Source of the DNA: Longimicrobiales bacterium
GTDB lineage: Bacteria > Gemmatimonadota > Gemmatimonadetes > Longimicrobiales > Gaopeijiaceae
NCBI GenBank assembly: GCA_965226375.1
Contig: CBDDCX010000008.1
Coordinates: 1,760,001 to 1,824,000, forward strand
Length of the DNA: 64,000 nt
Direction of reading: 5' to 3'
The translations under genes and the position numbers were made by a program. Shown here in pieces: positions 53,802-63,044 of the stretch. Under the pieces are notes generated by a model. The model was not told the origin of the DNA. It made no database searches and saw only the letters and a program-made list of their open reading frames with translations. Each line of letters opens with the position of its first letter. Position 1 is the first letter of the stretch.

Positions 53802-53852
53802 GGGGCATCTTAACATGCTGCCTCACGAAAGAGCAACGCCGTCGAAGAACCA

Positions 53853-55752
53853 ATCGGGATAGGGGAGGACCGGCGATCCCGGTCCTTCCCCTCCCACACC
53901 ACCAGGCATGCGGGTCCGCACCTGGCGGTTCGGTGAGTTGAGGTCAGTACGGCGTGAGCCGGGGCACACCCAGCTCGTCGAAGTACGCCCCTGGCAAGGC
54001 CGTGTGCAGGGCGTGGTGCGCGGCCACGTGCCACCAGCTTCGCGCGAACCGAGCAGCTCGCCAGGCGAGGTTCTCGCTCACACCGCGAGCCCTCAACTCC
54101 CGGTACGCTGTCCTTCCCCGTTTCCACTGGCGTAATTGCAACGTACGCAGCCGGCGGTGGATCCATTGGTCCAGGTCTCGGAAAACCCCCGGTGTATCCG
54201 CTAAGCCGAAGTATGCCTTCCACCCCAGCACGTAGCGCCGTAGCTCTTCCGCCACCTGTTGCAGGCTCCGCCCGCCACTCCGGCTTGTAATCTGCCGGAC
54301 TCGCTCCTTGAACTTCGTCAGGGCCTTCTTGCTGACCCGGCGCTTCACGACCTTCCCTGCCGCTACCCAGAAGCTGTAGCCCAGGAACTGTCGATCCCAC
54401 ACTCGCGCCACCGCGCTCTTTTCCTCGTTGACCTGAAGCCGAAGTTTCCCGTACAAGTGCCTCAGCGCCTGCATCACACGTTGTCCTGCCCGCCTCGACC
54501 GCACGTATACATTGCAGTCATCGGCGTACCGGACAAACGCGTGTCCGCGTAGCTCCAACTCCTTGTCCACTTCGTCCAGGAGCACGTTCGCCAGCAACGG
54601 CGACAACGGTCCGCCCTGAGGCGTCCCCATGTGCCGCTCCATCACCACCCCGTTCGCCATGACTCCGGCTTCCAGGTAGCGACGGAGGATCCGCAGCATC
54701 GCCTTATCCTCGATCCGCTTTGCCAGCCGCCCCATCAGCACGTCGTGGTTCACCCGGTCGAAAAACTTCTCCAGGTCCACATCCACCACCCATCGTCTCC
54801 CTTCCTGGATGTATTGCTGCGCTTCGCGCACCGCATCGTGTGCTCGGCGCCCAGGCCGGAAGCCGTGGCTGTGCCGACTGAACGTCGGGTCGAACCTCGG
54901 TTGCAGCACCTGCAGGATGGCTTGTTGGATGAACCGGTCCAGCACGGTCGGAATCCCCAACTCCCGGACCCCTCCCCCACTCTTCGGTATCTCCTGCCTT
55001 CGTACCGGCTTCGGTTGGTAGGTCCCCGCCAGCAACCGCTGTCGGATCTCCCCCCAGTGCCTGCGCAAGTACTCTGGCAGCTCCTCCACGCTCATCCCGT
55101 CGATGCCCGGACTGCCCTTATTCTGCCGCACGCGTTTCAACGCTCCTACGAGGTTGGCACGCCCGACCACCTCCTCCATCAGGAGATGCTCGCTTCCTGA
55201 GCGCTCGTCTCCATGGGCCACCGTTCCGGCTTCGCCACTCCCCTCTACCTTCGGGGCTTCACCCCTATCCTCCAGCGGGAGCTCCAGTTGCCTGGACTCC
55301 TGGCGCATGGCCTTCTCGAGATCCACGGTCGTCACACTCTCCTCTCCGTTCGGCCCTTCGTCCGACAAAGCTGGGTCCAAGCGCATCATGCACTTCGTCG
55401 GCCTACTATGGCCTCTGCTGACTTCTCGCTCCGCCGGCAGGCCCAACAGCGCAATGCCGGCGTCGCCCTTTCAGGCGTCAGGCGAGACCTCCCCGGGTAA
55501 GAACGATGACCTTCCCCGCACAATCGCCGGATCTACGCCGCTTCCCCTTGGTCGCAGGAGCTTCGCGGTCAGTGGTCCGCTCGCCCCGGTCCGCAGCACC
55601 TCGTATCCGGTTCCTGTTCGTCGACTCACGGGTTCGTTTCACGCTTCGTTCAGCGTACGCCTCACGACGAACGCCTTGCGCTTCCCTTCGGTCCCTGCGA
55701 CCAGGTTCCGGGAGGACTTTCACCTCCAAGTCATCGCCCATGCCGGGCCCAC
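53853..55752 (-). mobile_element. Group II intron, class C (IIC), copy 2, intact (1900 nt)
   Basis: 5' GUGGGCCCGGCAUGGG, UUCUUACCCGGGGAGGUCU domain I closure, short DV with CGC triad, DVI with bulged A, 3' CCCGAU; inserted after a terminator. Confidence 0.94.
53944..55335 (-). CDS. ltrA: Group II intron reverse transcriptase/maturase (no endonuclease domain)
   Basis: NKGSPGIDG, RELGIPTVLDR, GFRPGR, DLEKFFD, GTPQGGPLSPLLAN, YADD, domain X; GTG start 55335 behind GAGGAG. Confidence 0.95.
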   Translation of the reverse strand: MTTVDLEKAMRQESRQLELPLEDRGEAPKVEGSGEAGTVAHGDERSGSEHLLMEEVVGRANLVGALKRVRQNKGSPGIDGMSVEELPEYLRRHWGEIRQRLLAGTYQPKPVRRQEIPKSGGGVRELGIPTVLDRFIQQAILQVLQPRFDPTFSRHSHGFRPGRRAHDAVREAQQYIQEGRRWVVDVDLEKFFDRVNHDVLMGRLAKRIEDKAMLRILRRYLEAGVMANGVVMERHMGTPQGGPLSPLLANVLLDEVDKELELRGHAFVRYADDCNVYVRSRRAGQRVMQALRHLYGKLRLQVNEEKSAVARVWDRQFLGYSFWVAAGKVVKRRVSKKALTKFKERVRQITSRSGGRSLQQVAEELRRYVLGWKAYFGLADTPGVFRDLDQWIHRRLRTLQLRQWKRGRTAYRELRARGVSENLAWRAARFARSWWHVAAHHALHTALPGAYFDELGVPRLTPY

Positions 55753-55757
55753 CACTT

Positions 55758-55797
55758 AAAAAACCCGCGCCCCCTGCCCGAAGGCAGGAGGCGCGGG
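55758..55797 (-). terminator. Intrinsic terminator of susC-susD; intron target
   Basis: 15-bp stem with UUCG loop followed by T6, 21 bp after the susD stop. Confidence 0.88.
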
Positions 55798-55818
55798 CTA
55801 AAGCGCTAGACTGAAAGC

Positions 55819-57396
55819 CTAGTTGGCCGGACCGGAGTTCTGGTCCGAAACGTCCCACCACACGCGACCATCCCAAGCATCGTCACCACCATTGGAGGAG
55901 ATCGCAGCTAGAACGTTGGTCTCGTTGAAGGTCTGCTCACTCCGCGGGTACGGCCAGCGTACCGGCACCAACGCGTTGAACGCGTCGATGCCCGGAATGA
56001 GATGCGGAACGTTGGTACGACGGTACTTGATGTTGGCCTCGAGGCCCTGATCCCAAAGCTGGAACCAGTAGGCCCGGTAGATCAGCGACCGGTTGGACTC
56101 GCCACCGATCCCGCCACCACCCCACGCCACCATCGGGTGGGCCAGGTAAGCGTCGATCTCAGCCTGGGAGATACCCGCCACAGGAGGCGTCACGAACGCA
56201 CCGGCGTCCGCCGGCAGATCCGCCGCATAGACCGCCATCGAGGCCGCGATACCTGCCTCGTAGAAGTCCTGTGCGCTTCCACTGATCCAACCGCGATCAG
56301 CCGCCTCGGCCTGCAGAAGCAAGGTCTCGGCGTACTCCATGAAGAACGCAGGAGCGTCGCGCCTCAGGTGCCAAGCTCCGACCACCGACACGAAGTCGAA
56401 GTCACGCTCTCCGTTGTCGTCGAAGCCGCGGTCGTCGCTAAAGCCGTTGGGCATGCCACGATGCACTCCGCCGTCGGCGGACAGGTCTGCGTGGAACCGT
56501 ACACGCGGATCTTGCCGGGCGAGCATCTCATCGATGAAGAACTTACCCGGGCGATAGTCACCCGGACGCTCGACGAACCCTTGCCACATGGGGTTGTGGT
56601 CCGGCTGCGCCGCTGAGTACCACAGCGCCGCCGTGTGCGAGGCGTTTTCCATGACCCCGCCCGCTACTGCCGCCGCTGCCTCTGTCGCCGCTTTACCCGG
56701 GTTCACGTCGGAAATTCGCATGGCCAACCGCAGCCGAAGCGAGTTGCCGAACCGACGCCACTTGTCCATGTCACCGGAGTAGATCTTATCGCCACCGCCG
56801 AAGCCACTCGCTCCGGTGTTGATCATAGCGACGGCCGCGGTGAGCTCCGCGTGCAGATCGTCATAAATGGCGCTCTGCGCATCGTACACCGGCCTGATGA
56901 CGGCCTCGTCCGTTCCACCTAGAACAGCCTGGAAGTAAGGCACGTCACCATACATGTCGGTCAGGTTGTGAGCGGTATAGGCCTTGAGGATCATGGCCAC
57001 CGCCGTCTGGTTGACATCGCCTATGGCTACGGCCCCATCCAACAAGTGCTGGGCCAAGACGAAGTTGCCGTTCGGCGGATCGCCGGTCAGGCTCCAGAAC
57101 TCACCCCAGGCGCTATTCCCGTAGTCCGTGCCCAGATCGTACCGATCCGTACCCGCGTACTGGATGCGGGCAAAGTGCTGCACGAACAGAGAGGCCGAAG
57201 GCAGGTCGATGTTGCTCTCACCTACCAGGCTGTTGGCCAGTCCCCGAATCAAGGACGGAATCAAAAACTCCGGCGCCAATGAAGTCGGGGCGTTAGGGTT
57301 TTCGTTGATGTCTGTAAGGTTGTCGAACTCGTCGCATCCCGCCGTGCCGATAGCAACGGCCAGGAGGACGGTAAGCGGCTTTATCAAGTTTCGCAT
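55819..57396 (-). CDS. susD: SusD/RagB family outer-membrane lipoprotein
   Basis: AGC lipobox, INENPN, LTDMYGDVPY, WRRFGNSLRLRLAMR, RWPYP, RVWWD. Confidence 0.92.
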   Translation of the reverse strand: MRNLIKPLTVLLAVAIGTAGCDEFDNLTDINENPNAPTSLAPEFLIPSLIRGLANSLVGESNIDLPSASLFVQHFARIQYAGTDRYDLGTDYGNSAWGEFWSLTGDPPNGNFVLAQHLLDGAVAIGDVNQTAVAMILKAYTAHNLTDMYGDVPYFQAVLGGTDEAVIRPVYDAQSAIYDDLHAELTAAVAMINTGASGFGGGDKIYSGDMDKWRRFGNSLRLRLAMRISDVNPGKAATEAAAAVAGGVMENASHTAALWYSAAQPDHNPMWQGFVERPGDYRPGKFFIDEMLARQDPRVRFHADLSADGGVHRGMPNGFSDDRGFDDNGERDFDFVSVVGAWHLRRDAPAFFMEYAETLLLQAEAADRGWISGSAQDFYEAGIAASMAVYAADLPADAGAFVTPPVAGISQAEIDAYLAHPMVAWGGGGIGGESNRSLIYRAYWFQLWDQGLEANIKYRRTNVPHLIPGIDAFNALVPVRWPYPRSEQTFNETNVLAAISSNGGDDAWDGRVWWDVSDQNSGPAN

Positions 57397-57412
57397 TTTG
57401 TTCTCCTTTCCG

Positions 57413-60400
57413 TTATCTGGTCACGGTGAAGTTGATGCCGAACGTGCGATCCGACGGAGCCGACAGGTACTCGACGCCGCGTGCGTGGTTGTCGGCGAAC
57501 GCAACACCATCGGACTCGGGATCCACGTTCTGACATGCCCGCGAGCCACAGAAGATGGCCAGGTTGCGGCCCACCAACGTGATGCGGCCCGTGGAGAACG
57601 GCACCTTCTCAAGCACGTTCGGAGTGAGGTCGAAGCTCAGCTTCATCTCACGCAGCTTACCAAACGTCGCACGCTCTACCCAAGGCGTCTCCTGGTCGTC
57701 GTAGTGACCCCAGAAGTTCTTGGCGTCGGCGTAGATGGTGTTCGGTGCACCGGTTTCCGTCACACCAAGCATGTTCACACCAATCACGTCCGTGCGGCGG
57801 TTCGAGAAGTTGAGCTCATCGTCCACGCTCACGCCGTCGATCCGCCCACCGTAGTAGCCGGTCTCGTACAGCAGCCCGTCACGGACCGCCAAGCGGCAGG
57901 TGCCGCAGTACATTACGCCGCCCCAGCGAACGTCCACCAGGAAGCTGAACTGCATGAGCCCAAAGCGGAAATCGTTGCGGATTCCGCCGATCCAGTCCGG
58001 CTCACTCGTTGAACGCTCACCGTCCTTACATACGGACGTCTCACCACCCGGACACAGCGGCTGCTTTTTCGAAGACCGCTGCGGCCAACCATTGCTGTCC
58101 ATGATCACCGCGCCGCTCGCGTCCCGCTTGTAGTCGTCACCGTACGTGGAGCCGTAGGGCTCGCCGATACGGGCCTCATAAGTGACGCCGTAGCTACCGA
58201 GCACGATCCGGTCGAGAGACTCGTGAAGTGCGAGCACCTCACTGCGGTTCCTCGCCCAGTTGAGCGTCATGTCCCATTGCAGGCCCGAGCCTCTCAAGAT
58301 CTCGGTCGTGAGAAGCACTTCGACACCTGCGTTCTTCACCTCGCCAGCGTTGATGATCTGGTTCGCGAAGCCACTCGTGGTCGAGATCGGAACCGAGAGG
58401 ATCTGGTCCCGCGTCTTCGTGTTGTAGTACGTCAGGTCGAGCGTCGCACGGTTGTCGGCGAACCGAACGTCGGCGCCGATTTCCCAGGACGTCGTGATCT
58501 CAGGCCGTAGGTTCAAGGCCGGAAGATGGTTGCTCGGAATGAACCCAGGCGCGCCCTGGAAGGTCTGCAACTGGGTCATCACAGCGCTGGTCTGGTACGG
58601 GTCGGCGTCACTGCCAACCTCGGCCCAGCTAGCACGGATCTTCGCATAGTCGAAGATGCCGCCGTCCCACTCGAACGCGTCGGACAGAACCAGAGCGGCC
58701 GACACCGACGGGTAGAAGTACGAGTTGTTGCCCTCGGGAAGACTCGACGACCAGTCGTTGCGAGCCGTCACGTCGATGAAGGCGTAGTTACGGAACGAGA
58801 GCGAACCCAGGCCGTAGGCGCTGTATACGCGCTTCTCGGTGATCCAGTTGTCGACCGTCATCGGTACCGCGGAGTTCTGCGGTGTGTAGAGCCCGGGGAT
58901 GATCAGGTTCTCCGTCTCGACGGAGTGCCGGTTCGTGTCGTTCGCACGACGGTTGACACCGCCGCGTATCGCAAGGTTGAAGTCATCGTTGAGGTCGCCG
59001 GCGGCGGACAGCACGATGTCGACGTTCGTTTCCTGACGGAAGATCGTCTGGTCGATGAACGCGCCGAACTTGTAGTCGTGACTGAACTTCGGGAACACGT
59101 TCTTACGACGGTGCTCGTACCAGTCCGTACCGACGCGGGCGTTGAGCTTGACCACGTCGCTGAACGAATAGTCGAGATCCACGTTGCCGATGAAGCGGTC
59201 ACGCGTGTCCTTGTTCCCGGCTTCGGCCAGCACGAAGTAGATGTTGTCCCAATAGTTGTGGTTCCAGTTCCGGGGAAGCCCGTATCCGGGGTGATCCGAT
59301 CCGAACTCACTGCCCTTCTCTAGCCACAACTCATACGCCCGCTTCGCCATCTGCGTCTCGGTCGTACGCTGCCACCACAGGTACTGGTACGTTGCCGAGT
59401 TCAGCGAGCCACCATCGTTGAGCGGCCGGTTCTTTCCACCACTCTTCACGTAGCTGGCCGAACCCTGAACCGTTAGCGACGGGATCGGCGTTACACCTGC
59501 CGCGATCGACAGCTGCGTGCGATCGATCTCATGGTACGGAGACTGACCGTCTGCGCTGACCTGCGTCGCCGACAGACGTCCGTTCGCGTTGCCGGCGCTT
59601 CCCGCTACCGAGAAGTGTCCGGTCAGGTTGACCCCGGTCTCGAACAGGTCACGGGTCGAGTAGGCTACCGGCATCCACGGACGCAGCGCGATGCCGTCGG
59701 CATCACTCGGATCGTCCGTCCACTGGTTGTACAACTGCCCGTTCATCGGCGGGCCCCAGCTCTCGTCGATGTAGTCACCGACTCCACCACCGGCTCCGTC
59801 CGCGTACTCGAAGTTCGAGGTACGGTCGCCGCCGCCGAAGATGTTCTGCCAACGAGGCGATATCGCAGCCGTCGCGAACGTCGCTTCCATACTGGCTGAG
59901 ATCTCGAGACGGCCATCCGCTCCTGCACCCTTCTTCGTCGTGATCAAGATCACGCCGTTCGAGGCACGAGAACCGTACAGCGCCGCAGCGTTCGCACCCT
60001 TGAGCACCGAGATCGACTCGATGTCGTCCGGGTTCAGGTCCTGCGCTGCGTTGCCGTAGTCGACGCGCTGAATCGCGTTGGTGCCGCGGTTGAAGTCCGT
60101 CGTGTTGTCGATCGGCACGCCGTCCACTACGAACAGCGGCTGGTTGTTACCGGCGATCGACGCGAGCCCGCGGATCGTGATGTCAGAACGGCCGCCCATG
60201 GCGCCCTGGTTCTTGATCAACACGCCGGAAACCTTACCGGATAGTGCGGTCACCAGGTTCGTCGATACGCCGGAATCGGCAATATCGTCGCCCTGAATGT
60301 TCTGCACCGCGTAGCCCAACGCTCGCTCGTCACGGCTGATGCCGAGAGCCGTAACCACCAGGCCATCCAGCTCCACCGCTGTCTCGATGAGTGTGTAGTT

Positions 60401-60703
60401 TTCCGTGACCGTCGTGCCGCTAACGTCTATGCGACGCTGCTGGCTCCCGTACCCGATGAGCTCGGCTCGCATGATCTGCGCCCCGTTGGGTACGTTCTGA
60501 ATCACGAAACGCCCGTCGGTGTTCGTCAACGTTCCCATCTGTAGATTGGGAATCGAAACCTGAACGCCGGCAAGCGGCTCTCCCGTACCGGAGACAATTG
60601 TCCCCGCCACGTTGGTCTGTGCCGCCGCCGTGAAGCCCAAAGGCCCCAACAACAGTGCGACCAAGACCGCTCCAAACGTTTTCCGTAGCAATCGGTCCAT
60701 CAT
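57413..60703 (-). CDS. susC: SusC/RagA family TonB-dependent transporter
   Basis: VVTALGI, PLFVVDGVP, SISVLKGANAAALYGSRASNGVILITTKKG, RNDWSS, FYPSVS, LRPE. Confidence 0.95.
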   Translation of the reverse strand: MMDRLLRKTFGAVLVALLLGPLGFTAAAQTNVAGTIVSGTGEPLAGVQVSIPNLQMGTLTNTDGRFVIQNVPNGAQIMRAELIGYGSQQRRIDVSGTTVTENYTLIETAVELDGLVVTALGISRDERALGYAVQNIQGDDIADSGVSTNLVTALSGKVSGVLIKNQGAMGGRSDITIRGLASIAGNNQPLFVVDGVPIDNTTDFNRGTNAIQRVDYGNAAQDLNPDDIESISVLKGANAAALYGSRASNGVILITTKKGAGADGRLEISASMEATFATAAISPRWQNIFGGGDRTSNFEYADGAGGGVGDYIDESWGPPMNGQLYNQWTDDPSDADGIALRPWMPVAYSTRDLFETGVNLTGHFSVAGSAGNANGRLSATQVSADGQSPYHEIDRTQLSIAAGVTPIPSLTVQGSASYVKSGGKNRPLNDGGSLNSATYQYLWWQRTTETQMAKRAYELWLEKGSEFGSDHPGYGLPRNWNHNYWDNIYFVLAEAGNKDTRDRFIGNVDLDYSFSDVVKLNARVGTDWYEHRRKNVFPKFSHDYKFGAFIDQTIFRQETNVDIVLSAAGDLNDDFNLAIRGGVNRRANDTNRHSVETENLIIPGLYTPQNSAVPMTVDNWITEKRVYSAYGLGSLSFRNYAFIDVTARNDWSSSLPEGNNSYFYPSVSAALVLSDAFEWDGGIFDYAKIRASWAEVGSDADPYQTSAVMTQLQTFQGAPGFIPSNHLPALNLRPEITTSWEIGADVRFADNRATLDLTYYNTKTRDQILSVPISTTSGFANQIINAGEVKNAGVEVLLTTEILRGSGLQWDMTLNWARNRSEVLALHESLDRIVLGSYGVTYEARIGEPYGSTYGDDYKRDASGAVIMDSNGWPQRSSKKQPLCPGGETSVCKDGERSTSEPDWIGGIRNDFRFGLMQFSFLVDVRWGGVMYCGTCRLAVRDGLLYETGYYGGRIDGVSVDDELNFSNRRTDVIGVNMLGVTETGAPNTIYADAKNFWGHYDDQETPWVERATFGKLREMKLSFDLTPNVLEKVPFSTGRITLVGRNLAIFCGSRACQNVDPESDGVAFADNHARGVEYLSAPSDRTFGINFTVTR

Positions 60704-60745
60704 CTTACCCCCCTAAAAGGTATCGGCGAGAAGCCTGGGGAACTG

Positions 60746-60777
60746 CTTGGGCCCGGACGCGCACGTCCGGGCCCAAG
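60746..60777. repeat. 14-bp perfect hairpin between barrel gene and susC
   Basis: cttgggcccggacg-cgca-cgtccgggcccaag; no U-tract on the coding strand. Confidence 0.6.
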
Positions 60778-60794
60778 TTCTTGGTGCTCATTCC

Positions 60795-61448
60795 TTAGCG
60801 GATGAACGCGTATGAGAGTCCAACGCTGACCAGGGTGTCGTACTGACTACCCTCGCCGGCACCGGTGCGTGCGTATATCCACTCGACGACGTCGGCGAAA
60901 ATGGCTGCCCCGGAGTCACCGAGCGGCAAGGAAACGCCGGCGCCGAGTTGGACCCCGAACTCCGCGAAGTCATACTGATAGGACGGCGCGTCCCGCTTGA
61001 TGTCGACGAAACCACCGCCGAGCTTCAGGTACGGAACCGCTGAACTCATCGGGAATCGAATCAGGAGGCTCGCACCGTAGTAGTTACGGTTGAGATCCAC
61101 GTCCTCGGAGACGGCACCGGGGTTGGCCGGCAACTCTACGCCTTGACCATCGCCGGGACGCTGAGCGGAACAGCACTCTTCACGCCCGGTCTTCGGTGCG
61201 TAATGAAAATCGCCACGTACGGCCACGTTCTCATAGAGGACGTATGTGAAGCCGCCACCAAACGCCGTAGCGGACCCGAAAGTCGTCTCCCGCAAGACGT
61301 CGAAACCCTGCGGGTCGGACGAGATGCCACCGTGCAGGTGCAACGACAACTCCCCGATCACGTCGGTGGACTGCGAGGCAGCCGGCGTGACCAGCATAAA
61401 GCCGAGCAGTGCCGTAAAGAAAAGCGAACGAAGTTGCAGCATGGACAT
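60795..61448 (-). CDS. Small outer-membrane beta-barrel protein (OmpA-TM/porin-like)
   Basis: Signal peptide; alternating strands PYLKLGGG, FGVQLGAGV, VSVGLSYAF; start may be 61448 or 61463. Confidence 0.72.
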   Translation of the reverse strand: MSMLQLRSLFFTALLGFMLVTPAASQSTDVIGELSLHLHGGISSDPQGFDVLRETTFGSATAFGGGFTYVLYENVAVRGDFHYAPKTGREECCSAQRPGDGQGVELPANPGAVSEDVDLNRNYYGASLLIRFPMSSAVPYLKLGGGFVDIKRDAPSYQYDFAEFGVQLGAGVSLPLGDSGAAIFADVVEWIYARTGAGEGSQYDTLVSVGLSYAFIR

Positions 61449-61652
61449 CGCCCTCGCGCTCATTGGCTGACCACGGGTCGGACGTAGGACGCGCCGACCC
61501 TCGATGCAGCCTTCAGTGAAAACAATCGTAACGGGTATATAGAACGCCCCCGCCGGATCTGTCAAGTAAACTATTTCATATGTTTCGCGGCTAATATGCT
61601 CGATGTCGGGCCGACTGAGCCCCCCGCCGACCCGACATCGACCGGACGCATC

Positions 61653-62987
61653 CTAGTTCCGCGAGCGAGCCTGTACAGCCGGCCCATTGTCCCAGTCCTG
61701 CTGGCTCGAAATGTTCGGTTGTCCCCAGTCCAAGCCGTTCCATCCGCTGAACCCCTGCATCCTGAAGGCCCAGAAGCCCGTCGCCATGTCGGAAATCACG
61801 ATCAAGCCGTCTGCATTTCGCACGTCCACGCCCCAGGCACCGTTCATGATCGAGCTCTCCTCATGCTCGAGAAAGGTGTCGTAGTGTGCGATGGTCTTTG
61901 GGTTCTTGGGATCCTGAAGGCTGAAGACCTGCAAGCCATCCCAGTATCCGGACACGAAGACGAAGGGCCAGCGCACCTCATGGTTATGCACCAGGTGCTC
62001 CCAATTGGCGGTCCAGGCAGAGATGGGCCGGTTGATGTTCGCCACCTCGCCATCCAATCCCGGCTTCAAATCGAAAATCCGTAGCGGCGCGTACTGGTAC
62101 TCCGTCTCAGCAATGACGTAGCGGCCATCTGCCGACGGCGTGAACGTATGACCACCGGTGACTCCGTTGATCCCGGTGAGGCTCACCAGAAGCTCAGGGT
62201 TCTCCAGGTCGGTCACGTTGTAGACGTAGTAGCCTCCGGTGCCCCCACCGTAGAAGCGGTCCTGCTCCGAGTCGGCGTGATAGCCCGTATAGAAGTCATG
62301 GTAGCTACGGGCGTCGGGCGCCGGTACCGGCACACGGGCGACGAGAGCTTCTTCACCGCGGCCCTCTACTACGTAACCCAGATCGTATACATGGGAGAAG
62401 GGAGTGCTCGTGGTGGTGAATAGGAGCACCCGGCCATTGCTGTGCTTGTAGACGAAGATGTTGTGGAATCCGCCCAGCTCCTGTGGCCCCTGGATCCGAG
62501 CCACCTCCCGGAACGTCGAGGCATCCGGGAGCCCGGTCACGTCGAAGATGATGGCGCCGAGGTCGTAGTCGGGCCCTCCCTGCGAGAACTGGGTCGAGAG
62601 GACCACATAATAGCGGTCGTTCCACTTGAACTCCTTCAGGTCCTTTCCCCCGGCCCCCATATGGAGTTCCGAGTCCTCAATCCTCCACTGCACGAGGACC
62701 TCGGGATTCTCGGGGTCACGGATGTCGATGACGTCGATGCCACGCTCCATCCCGGAGATATTCCCGAACACCTCGCGGCCGAGGAACACGTACGGACGAT
62801 CCATGTCCTGGGAGATCTCGATGTCGGAGACGCTCCCCTCCGCCCCCATGGGGAGGTGCGCCACGACTTCGATGTTGTCGCTCCCCCGCTTTTCGGCGTT
62901 CTCTTGCGCACCGAGTGCGGAGCTCGCGGCAAGGAGAGCAAGTCCGGTCAAGGTCGCTGTGAGCATCATCATGTTCTTCGTCTTCAT
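61653..62987 (-). CDS. Secreted LVIVD-repeat beta-propeller protein, paralogue 2
   Basis: Colinear with paralogue 1; same His motifs; GAGG RBS. Confidence 0.78.
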   Translation of the reverse strand: MKTKNMMMLTATLTGLALLAASSALGAQENAEKRGSDNIEVVAHLPMGAEGSVSDIEISQDMDRPYVFLGREVFGNISGMERGIDVIDIRDPENPEVLVQWRIEDSELHMGAGGKDLKEFKWNDRYYVVLSTQFSQGGPDYDLGAIIFDVTGLPDASTFREVARIQGPQELGGFHNIFVYKHSNGRVLLFTTTSTPFSHVYDLGYVVEGRGEEALVARVPVPAPDARSYHDFYTGYHADSEQDRFYGGGTGGYYVYNVTDLENPELLVSLTGINGVTGGHTFTPSADGRYVIAETEYQYAPLRIFDLKPGLDGEVANINRPISAWTANWEHLVHNHEVRWPFVFVSGYWDGLQVFSLQDPKNPKTIAHYDTFLEHEESSIMNGAWGVDVRNADGLIVISDMATGFWAFRMQGFSGWNGLDWGQPNISSQQDWDNGPAVQARSRN

Positions 62988-63044
62988 CTTGTCACCTCGC
63001 TGGTTCGGCTGTTCCCGACGGGAATTCGCCTGCCTCGATCCACA

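Noticed and set aside
32846..55335. Diversity-generating retroelement (RT plus FGE/C-lectin-like motif)
   Set aside because: RT is a standard group II maturase inside a full ribozyme (PQGG, YADD); FGE piece is a 30-codon remnant; no TR/VR pair with adenine-specific mismatches seen.
55745..55754. gggcccACCA resembling a tRNA 3' end (also near 18870 and 19045)
   Set aside because: It is the reverse complement of IBS1 + intron 5' end; no T-loop or cloverleaf upstream.
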